Source: Eledone cirrhosa (Eukaryota). From it: a DNA stretch of 64,000 bases. Made by a program: the position numbers and the translations under genes. This document shows, piece after piece, positions 53,991 to 64,000 of the stretch; position 1 is the stretch's first letter, and every line of letters begins with the position of its first letter. Below the pieces are notes generated by a model. That model was not told the DNA's origin. It ran no database searches and worked only from the letters and a program-made list of their open reading frames with translations. Location: positions 207,514,001 through 207,578,000 of the forward strand of contig OZ024742.1 of the NCBI GenBank assembly GCA_964016885.1, given 5' to 3'.

Positions 53991-54277
53991 TATGTATGTA
54001 TCTATATATGTATCTATGTATGTATGTATGTATATATGTATATATATGCGTGTCTGTGTGTTTGCCTCCATAAATACATATGTGTGTGTGTTTCTGTTTG
54101 TATTAATATGTTTGTAGATTTATTACAAATCCACTAATTAAGCTCTCTATTACTACGTACGTGTCAGTCGCATGGTCAATCAGGAAGTATTTAATGTGTA
54201 CTGCCTAATGGATCGCAATGGACTCCAGTAAATATAAGCACGCACACATGCTGATACACACACAGGCACACACGGAC

Positions 54278-54346
<69 letters not shown>

Positions 54347-54381
54347 TTATAAGAATCAAAGAACTGTTCAAAACATTTTTA

Positions 54382-54428
54382 TGCTTACAACTGTTTCCTC
54401 CAAACCGAGGTTTGAATTCTTCGGAGCA
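54382..54428 (-). ncRNA. Hammerhead-like motif, CCGANGA core variant
   Basis: tgct-CCGAAGA-attcaaacc-tc-ggtttggag-GAAA-cagttg-TA-agca; near (TA)n. Confidence 0.55.
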
Positions 54429-55949
54429 ATTTATTATTGAATGAACACTTATATGACCTCCTTTTCACACAAGAGACATACAGATACATATGCAAATATT
54501 GTGGGTCAACATTCATTATAGCACTTAGAGTGGCAGTACACACTTAGAGATTACATTCATATTAAAAGATACAATCAAAAATACAGGTTAAGATACAACA
54601 TGAAATTAAGCGGTTATATAGTGCAAAGGTTATATGTGTGGCAAGCACGTGCGTCTTGTTTATATAGTGTGGCAGAGAGTTACGTGTAGTAGAAGCACTT
54701 AAGCAGGTAATCGAGAGTGTTAGGGTGGTTGATCTGGTGACGAATTCTTTATATGATTGTTATAGTATGAGTGTGGAGAAATAATATAAGTATTAAAAAC
54801 AGTGTAAGCACTAAACATATTGGAAATGCGCAGCGAAGCAATGATATGGATTTCATGCACTTCGACATTTTCATAGTCTGGGGAGCGTATTTTTCAGATT
54901 ATATGCCTCTCACATAATCCACGACGATTCGATATTGGGCGTTTGACAATCCAGTTAGAGAATCGTAGTCTGATGTTCTTTAGCTCAATACAGGAGGATG
55001 TTACGTTTCGAGAATCGACATCGAAATACTACCCGGAAGTGTGTGTGTGGCTAAGGGGAGTTAATGCATGAGGGGAGGTAACTCCGTGGTTTCTATTACT
55101 ATCTATTAAATTTTGTCTCAAAATAGACCCTAACTTATATGGTTATGCGCAGTTTCTAAAAAAATTCTAAAATTTAAAGTGTTTTAACTATAGAGTAGTC
55201 TATTAAGTTGTGCTGAAGGTGTTCTTATTATGGTCATTAACCCCCATCGTAGAGTGCCACAAATGAATATTATACACGACGAGCGAGAATTCTAAATTAA
55301 TGATCTCTGAGGTTGCAGTCTACTCAAAGAACCAGGCATGGTGATTGCAGAATCACTTCAACACACAATGATCTCTGGTAAGTTCTGGGCCATCGCTTGC
55401 TACATTGGATGTCGAAAGATAACCATCACCAGGGCCGACCAGAGGTCAATCCACAGTCCTCATGACTCCAATCTGACCATCAGATCATCGATATATGTAC
55501 AACCCATACGTCACTTGCAATACATTCATTCACTGCACTCAGCGTACCGGTCATACTGCTCATCAGCGTTACTAGATTAATTCGTTTTTCATTTGTCCAA
55601 CGATGGCACTTCCTCCGCACAGCTCCAACAAGACAATCAATTCAATGCTTAAATTAACTATAAAGTGGTGTAGTGCAGTTAAAGCAAGTGGATGTTGTCA
55701 CACCTAAAGTAGAGGTACAAATGGGTATTCCCCCTGTGAAGGGTTTTATAGGGATGTCGCGGTTTGTGTTATATTAGATCAGTGAGTGTGTTAGTGTGAG
55801 TTAGTATTACATGTGGTGGGGAAAGGGTGGAAAGCGGGTGTGTAAGTGGGGGTTAGTGGTGGTTGGGTGTGTGGAGTGAGGGTGTGTGTGATGGTGTGTG
55901 TTCGTGTGCGTGGGGTCGGGGGGAGGTTAGTGATGTTAGTTGTGGGGTG

Positions 55950-57445
55950 GTAAGAGGGGAACTTCTGCCGAGGCGAATATCCCGGAGGTGTTCAGTGAAA
56001 CGGTCCGCCTGGCGACATCCAGTCTGTCCATAGACTAGATTGGAGGAGGCGCAAAAGAAGGCGTGCCGGACAGAGTGAGAGTGGCCGTTGGGACCATGGA
56101 AGGTGGTGGTGTTGGTGATGTGGGGGCAGGTGTGGCAACAAGGCCTGGAGCAGGGAGGCGAACCAGGGGGGGGGGCGTGGATTGGGGGTAGGGAGCTGTG
56201 GACGAGGAGGGTGCAGAGATTTCGTGCGCATTTGAAGGAGGGGGTGTGGATAGGAAGATGGGGGAAGTGGAGGGGTTGGACTGGAGGCGTCGGAAGAGGC
56301 GGAGGATGGTGCGGTTGAGGGGTAGGGTGGAGGAGTGGTAGGTGATGGGTAAGGGGAGACGGATGGTGGGTCTGCGGTGGCGTGGGGTGAGGGCGGTGGA
56401 GTGGTAGATAGCACGGGCGCGAGTGAGGGCGGTGTGGACAAGGGAGGGGGGTAACCTCACCGGATGAAATGGCTGACTAGGGAAAGGGCTTGGGACTCAA
56501 AGTCAGCATCTCGGCTGCAGAGGCGGCGGATCCGGAGGAGTTGGGAGTTGGGAATAGAGTGTTTAGTGTGTGTAGGGTGGGAGGAGGTGAAGTCGATGTA
56601 GGAGTGGGAGGAGGTGGGTTTGAAGAAGGCGGAGGTGACGAGGGATCGGTGGGAGGGCTCGATGGCGATGGAAATGTCTAAGAAGTGGACGTGGGTGGTG
56701 GAGATAGAGGTGGTGAAGTGGAGGGAGGGGGTGGAAGGAGCAGAAGAATGAGAGAAAGGAGTCGAGCTGTTTTCGGGTGAGGGTCGTGGCCCCCGATGCA
56801 ATCGTCGAAGTAACGACCGTACAGTTCGGGCGTGGGGCCGATGTACTGGGCAAAGATTTGGGCCTCAACATGGCCAACGAAAAGGTTGGCATAGTTTGGG
56901 CCCAATCCTTGTGCCCATGGCTACCCCCGTGACCTGTTGGTAAAACTCACCCGAGAAGGAGAAGCAGTTGAGGGTGAGGACCAGCTCGGTAAGCCGAAGG
57001 AGGGTGGGGTGGAGGTGATGGGGAGGGGCGAAGCTCGAGGTAGTGCCGGAGTGTACGTAGGCGGTCGGCGTAGGGGATGACAGTATAGAGAGACTGGATA
57101 TCTAGGGTGAAGGGGAGGGGATGTGGGCCGGGTGGGGAAGTGAAGGAGTCGAACAGGTAAAGGGCGTGGTTGGTGTCGGAGATGTAAGAGGGGAGGGTGG
57201 TGACGAGGGGGCGAGGGTGGAGTCAAGAAAGGCGGAGATGAGTTCGGTGGGGCAGTTGCAAGCAGAGACGATGGGGCGGTCAGGTATGTGGAGTTTCGGG
57301 AGGAAGTAGACAGTAGGGGTGCGGGGGGGGGGACGATGAGGTGGGAAGCGGTGGGAGGGAGGAGGGAGGAAGAGACAAGGTGTTTGATGGTGGAGGAAAC
57401 TTGTTGTTGGTAGAGGGGTGTGGGGTCAGAGGGTAGAGGGCGGTA
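55950..57445 (-). mobile_element. Neptune-like PLE, frameshifted RT, Cys linker and internally deleted GIY-YIG; C-rich sense strand
   Basis: YRPLPSDPT, LPKLH..RPIVSAC, LDIQSLYT, GVAMGTR.GPNYANLF, RYFDD, FLDISI, SSHPTHTK, CSRPCCHTC, SSNLVY/GQT..DRFTEH. Confidence 0.88.
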
Positions 57446-57452
57446 TATATAT

Positions 57453-57749
<297 letters not shown>

Positions 57750-57948
57750 ATACCTTTTTGTATGTATCGTTATTTTGTTGTATGTAGAGTGTGTGCTTTT
57801 GGTCAGTTATCTTGGTGTCACATTTTATAACTACGTTGTGTAACTCTGGACTTAATGTTTGCTTTTAACTTTCAATCCATTGAGTGCTCTCTGATTGCCT
57901 CAAAACAAATCGAATTGTACATGCTGTACTGCAGCTAAAGATCGATTT

Positions 57949-58008
<60 letters not shown>

Positions 58009-58543
58009 GTAATAAAAAGGACGAGGTGTTAAATATTCATTACATTTATTGAGGTGTGACGCGCGTTTCGCGATTGATCAGCTCATTCTTCGATCTGTAT
58101 CAATCGGGTCCGATAATCCCTATGTATATATATATATAATTCGAAGAAGCTATTATAATAAATAGGATAAAGAGGATATTGACACGGTTTTGCACCATTA
58201 TATTTTAAAGTAGAAGGCAATACATTTTTCACAAGTCAGTAGTATATACCAAACTAAGTAAAGATTGTTTGGTTATCTGATGCAGGGAATGAATAATGTA
58301 TTATGATAATACTAATGATTGAAAAATGGCTTGACGTATAGATATAAATACAAGCAAGCACAGATCACTTTCGAGCACATTTACTCAGAGATAGATACAT
58401 GGATGCATAATTATCACTAAATATACTTACATATTATACACATATATCATTCGGAATTGGATCTTAAAGAAGCACAGACTAAACCACAAAACAAATATAA
58501 GTGTATCAGTCTATATATTAGTATATACATGTCTATATATTAG

Positions 58544-59092
58544 TCGGATCGTTGGCGACTAAACTGGCAACCACACCAAGGTTTCTTGGTGAAGAGGCTG
58601 ACTTGGACATCCTGCAGGACTAAAAACAAAACCTGTCAAAGGGCAAAGGAGCTCTTAAGAGTCAATGGCCATCCAAAATCACCGGGAGAGATGACCCCTT
58701 AGCCTTTGTCAAGCAGAATTCTAGGAGTAGGAAAACTCTGACATAACACCTGCAACCCTGATGGAATCCAATGATGATGACTTGTTCTTCTTTTTGTTAA
58801 ATATCATCTTGGTTAAGAGAGTGGGACTGGCTTTGTGCAGTGCCTTTGCTCACTATAAAAGTTTCACGGCACAGGCATTGCTTTATATCCGGAGATCTCT
58901 CTGCACTTGTCGTCACCTGGTACCATGGGCCCAGCACTATGTGTCAATAATTGTCACAAGTGTAGTGTTAGTACCAGAGTTTTCAAGTCGCTGGCTGGAC
59001 TAAAAACTCACACTCGTTCAGTGCATCGGTAGGGGTTCTCCTACATGGATATAAAGTAGTGGCCGTACTCGAAAACGAGTTGGCAGCCACCA
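58544..59092 (+). mobile_element. RTE-derived non-autonomous element
   Basis: Near-identical to 36003-36485 plus additional head sequence. Confidence 0.78.
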
Positions 59093-59371
59093 TATATTAG
59101 TATATATATGTATATCATAAATTTATACGCAACTATAATTTAAAATAATATTGTATGCCTGTCTCGATTATTTTAAATTAGTATTTTTCAACCTAGTGAA
59201 CTTGGTAATTTACAATTCGAACACTGTATACTTGTATCTGTGTCATCCCTCTCATATATTCATTTGTATTACACAATTATATATACATATATTCATATAT
59301 TCCTTCTTGAACAAAGAGCATCTATATAATTATCCTCCGCCCAACTAGAAAGAACATGAAACAAACTGAAA

Positions 59372-59453
<82 letters not shown>

Positions 59454-60479
59454 ACAAAACAAGAAAAATTATATTCCCTCCTGTCTCAACTGAAAACTAA
59501 TTATACAGCATTTAATTGTCACTTTGGAAAAGAATAACAATATAAAACGCGCCCTTCCTTTAATATATCACCTTTGATCATCAGCAGCATCAAATGTCTC
59601 CCCTATTATCATCTCTGGGAGATGAATATTTCATATAAATAAATGCCTCCACTCAGCAGCATGTATACCAGCGACAATCCCCAAAACAGGAACAAGTCAA
59701 CGAAGTGCATCTACGGAGTAGCTCAATCTGTTAGAAACAGCAGTTAAATATTCCTAAAACCACAACAAACAAAGGACACATTTGATAATTTATCCAACAA
59801 TAAAAATAAAATGGTTATGGAGGGAAATGCTTCTATGATATGTTTGCTTTATCAGGACATATCTGGGACTAAACAAAAACAATGCCAAAATACAACAATA
59901 TCGGTGTTCAGCTATAATATTATTCTGCTTCTGACGACGTGTGTTACACTTTTAACATCCTTAACTATGGCACATAGATTATTATTTGATTATAATCGAA
60001 TTCTTTAACAGAATGAAGCAATCTATATATAATTTTCTGTGATTCTGTCACAACACGTAAAGAGAGAGGAATAGTTTGACTACCTCATACTACTCCTCTC
60101 TCTTTACGTGTGCTGCCTGCGTGATTGTATATGTGTGTAATAGGAAGGAAGAGGAGAGTGAAAAAACTACGCTGGGTGTGAGTGTATGTGTATGTGTGCC
60201 TCTGTGTAAATGTATGCGTGTGTGTTTGTGCGAATGTATGTCCATGAGTGTGCATTTTTGTAGGTGTGTCTGTGTTTGCGCGTTTACATTTATATACTCA
60301 TGTTTATGATTGTATGCATATGCACATATACACACGCACACACACACACATACACACACGTACACACACGCACATACACATACCCATCAGCGTATGGATA
60401 ACATTCTAGTGTTATAAAACTATACATTTGTGCATTAAAATAGAAACAATATAACAGTCTAACGACAAGTTCCCAGGCC

Positions 60480-60695
60480 TCATTCGTGTAACGAGTGGGG
60501 TTGATCTCGTTAAATCGAACCGAGGAAACGATGTTTCCATTGGTCTTTCCAATTGCTAATACTATCTACCGGTCGCAAATCCGGGCAAAAGTGTAATAAA
60601 TTGTCTCGAAGACATAACGCATCACCATGTTGGGGAATCGAATTCACAAACTCACGATTGTGAATCTAATTCTCTAACCATTCAGCCACGCGCCT
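60480..60695 (-). mobile_element. Second tRNA-derived SINE family, diverged
   Basis: Minus strand aggcgcgtggctgaatggttagag (A box)...gaattcgattccc (B box); related remnant at about 33740-33818. Confidence 0.6.
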
Positions 60696-60914
60696 TCTCC
60701 ACAGAAACAAATACATTTAGAAAACGCAAACTTTCGAAAGTCCTGCTTTTATTATTGTTATAGGGCAGGATATTATCGAATGTTTAGAACGCCAGACAAA
60801 GTACCTTGGAATGACAATGTTAATAATTTCAAAAATAAACACAAAGGAATTAGTTTAATTGTAAAGGAACTGTTAAGCCATTAAGTTTTTATTGCTGCTG
60901 TTGTTGTTTTTATT

Positions 60915-62190
60915 GAACACCAGATTACTGAGGGGGCCCATGAGAGGGCTTTCAGAAATGCATATTCAGCCATCTGTTCGACCATCAGGTTTAGGCTCCA
61001 GCAGCTCAAGACTCTAGCAAGTAGACTGGGCATGAGTGATGCCCACCCAGACCGGTTCATGTTGAAGAACTGCTTCACCATGCCGAAGCTCATCTATACT
61101 CTACGTAACGCTCCTTTCTAAAGACATGTGTCTTTCCTTGCTGTCCTTGACATTTGTATCCGAGCGGCAGGCGAAGAAATATGCAACGTCAGGTTTGACG
61201 ACCTTGTATGACAACATGCCCCTTAGATGCTAGATATGGTGGCCTTGGCCTCCGCTCTTCCGTCTAGCTGGCTTTGCCGGCGTTTCTTTCGTCGGTAACC
61301 TCATGCCGCATCCTCATCAACAAAGTTCTAAACAAACTGTGATCGAGAAACGTCAGACCGCATGCGAGACGTGGAACCGGCTTGGATTTAGCCCAGTAGA
61401 TGTCATTTCTCCTCCCCCTGTCGATGTCAATTCCCCGCAGAGTATTTGGGAGGCCATCCAGTGCAACCTGGCCTCGAACAGTCTACTCCGCCAGCTCGAC
61501 AAGCATTGCCTTGCATGTTATCGTGCGGCCTCGCAACCCTACAGTGGTGCCTGGCTCCATGCCTTACCCCCCTTCTCTACTGGCACGCAGCCGGACAAGG
61601 ATAGCCTGCGCATCGGGGTTTCACTGAGGCTCGGCCTGCGGGTCTGCTAGCCACACAGATGTTGCTGTGGATCCACGGTAGAGTATTTATGCCTCCACCC
61701 GCTTTCCTATCGCTACAGTGCTGGCCGTCTTCCACGCCATTCTGCTCTCAACGAGGTCATGAAGCATGGCTTGGATGCTGCATGTTTACCCTCCCAACTC
61801 GAGCCGGTGGGGCTGGATCGAGGGGACGGCAAAATGCCAGATGGCCTGACATTCTTCCCGTTCTGCTGTGGCAAACACCTGATTTGGGATGCCACATGCT
61901 GCGACATATACGCCAGCGGCAACCTTGAGCAGTCTGCGACTATCCCAGGTTCTGCACTTAGAGCCGAGGAGGGTAAACTCTCCGAGTATCGGTCACTTTC
62001 CGACAGGTTTGCAGTCGAGCTGCTAACAGTGGAGACTTCTGGTGTCCTTGGCTCTAGGGCTACCTCACCACTTCCCACCATAGGCGCTGAGCAGGCGAGC
62101 CGCAGGTGTGAACCTCGCGAGATGGAATTACTTTTTCCAGTGAATCTCCCTTACCATTCTCCGGGGAAACACCTCCTCTATTGTGTCCAC
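60915..62190 (+). mobile_element. CRE-like non-LTR element 3' part, degenerate
   Basis: LKNCFTMPKLIYTLR, GGLGLR, SGAWLHALP..LRIGVSLRLG, RHSALNEV, EPVGLDRGDGKMPDG..LIWDATC, VETSG. Confidence 0.82.
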
Positions 62191-62430
62191 CGTGGCCGTA
62201 GGTCGGCCAGAACGTGGGAGTCCATTTGCTCATAACAGTTAGAGATGTGGTGGGTGGAGGCGATGACAGTGAGAGTCTGTCTCTGTTGTGTTCGGACCTG
62301 GTGTACGTGTATGTGCATGCTTACTGTCTTATCACACAAATGAAACCACATATTACTATCTTCTTCCCTGTCTTTCTCTCTTTTCCTTTCTTTTTTCTAC
62401 AAAGCCACCAATAACTTTCTATTTTTTCCT

Positions 62431-62604
62431 AATAATTGTTTCTACTTTTGGCACAAGGCCAGCAATTATTCCAGTGCATTACTGGTACTTTGTTTCATCG
62501 ACCCCGTAAGGATGAAAGGCGGGATTTGAAGTCAAACGGTAAAGGGCCGTAATTCTATGCTGCAAAGCATGTTGTTCGAAGCTCTACCGATACTGCCAAC
62601 CATC
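62431..62604 (-). mobile_element. SINE family S with small internal deletion
   Basis: Reverse complement of family S sequence. Confidence 0.8.
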
Positions 62605-62929
62605 GGCTTCCTATTAATACTATTTTGCCTCACTCACCTTACCTTCCTTAATCCATCCTACACCCAATAACTCAATGGTTCCTGCTCCCTATACAAAACC
62701 TTTCTTATCACATACATATATAACCAAGACTTACCTCTAGCGGAATATCTAATCAAATGTTACGTTTATTTTGAATGATATATTCCCTCGGTGGTTTGTG
62801 CTTTACGTCTCAGGGACCAATACACAACTTTCTTTGTAAATTGGTCCTTTTTTTAAATCTCGATCAAGCAATGAATAGGATCTTCCAATGTCTCTGGGAG
62901 AGAGATTTATATCAAGCCGTATTCCATAT

Positions 62930-63290
62930 CTCTCCTCCAGATCAGTGGCTATCCTAATGATGTTATTTCAAGATGGTTCCTGACCTTTTTCTTCTGTTGA
63001 AGATGTTGCTTCATTATTACTATCCGGGTCTTGTATGATGTTAATATGGATTTCAGACCTCGGCCACCTTCCTTGCATGAGAAGCATAATCTATCCATAT
63101 CACCATTCAGTAACACTGAGAAGCATGCGACTTCTTACATCCATCTTATTATTTCTTGCAATGACAACTTCAGTAGGCCAAATTAACACAGTATAAGTAT
63201 TGTGGGCAATGTATTTGTGGTACGCTGGTAGTTCTGATGACAACATTTTCTTTATTCTCCTGGGGTATTCAGTTTTTGTTCCCTCCTTAT
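62930..63290 (-). mobile_element. R4-like RT fragment, degenerate
   Basis: EYPRRIKKMLSSEL..KYIAHNT, MDVRSRMLL, DRLCFSCKEGGRGLKSI; parallels 52809-53100. Confidence 0.65.
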
Positions 63291-64000
63291 TTATGAAATC
63301 ATCATATCTGAGATTCTCACTCTGTCGAAGCTATCTGTATGCATGTATGTATGAATGTATGTATGTATGTTTTTGCATTCTGAAACGTCAAAATACAACA
63401 AAGTTTTTGCTCACTAGACTCGGGAAATATACTGACAGAAGTTGTGGAAGTTACACATATATTTTGCCAGAGCAATCTTTATTTACAGTTTACATTTTAC
63501 ATTTACTTACAACGTAATGTAACATAGCTAAAATTCAAATTCAGATTTTGAAAAGAGACGAAAACGGACAAATGATCTAGATACAGCTCACTGCCCACCA
63601 CCACCACAATAACGTCTACACTCTCTCCCCACCACCACATTTACATTTACACAAGTCATTACCCTATCTAGACTAAGGTCACTGACCTGTTGCCAAACTC
63701 CTTACTGTTGAATGTGTATGTGTATATATATATATATATAGTAATAATAATAAATTTGAAGACTAAAATCCAAAGAGGGCTCAATAAGGATAAATATATA
63801 TATCAGATATATAAGAACCGTAGAGCAAATATTTATTAAAATAACAGATTAAAGTTTAAGAAAAGAATCGCTGCTTTCACCCTTAACGGGATCTTCTGAA
63901 TCATATATATATATATATATGAAATTTTGAAATTTTGAAATTGCTGAATATGAATTGTGCTGCATATATGATGAATTATAGAACCACACTCAAGGAAGTG

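Noticed and set aside
58055-58098. GAAACGCGCGTC hammerhead half on the minus strand
   Set aside because: Core reads TCGAAGA and stem I does not pair; probably a decayed PLE end, not called as a ribozyme

Overview
AT-rich, microsatellite-saturated eukaryotic DNA with no convincing host gene. The SINE and LINE repertoire suggests an octopod (Octopus-like) genome; this is an inference, not a database match. Almost all identifiable content is retroelement debris: fragments of about five Penelope-like element (PLE) lineages (RT and GIY-YIG), two RTE LINEs with three C-terminal C2H2 fingers plus RTE-derived non-autonomous copies, a head-to-tail stack of L1/Tx1 copies, R4/Dong-like and CRE-like fragments, and about 11 copies of one tRNA-derived SINE. 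The most unusual signal is a PLE-associated system built around (TA)n tracts: many palindromic end-only insertions, spacerless hairpin junctions, hammerhead-ribozyme-like motifs, inter-family PLE chimeras, and a tRNA-like cloverleaf (A box, B box, T5 terminator) whose tail repeatedly abuts PLE sequence of different families. That last element is a candidate PLE-mobilised, tRNA-headed non-autonomous element. All alignments and folds were done by eye and boundaries are approximate.
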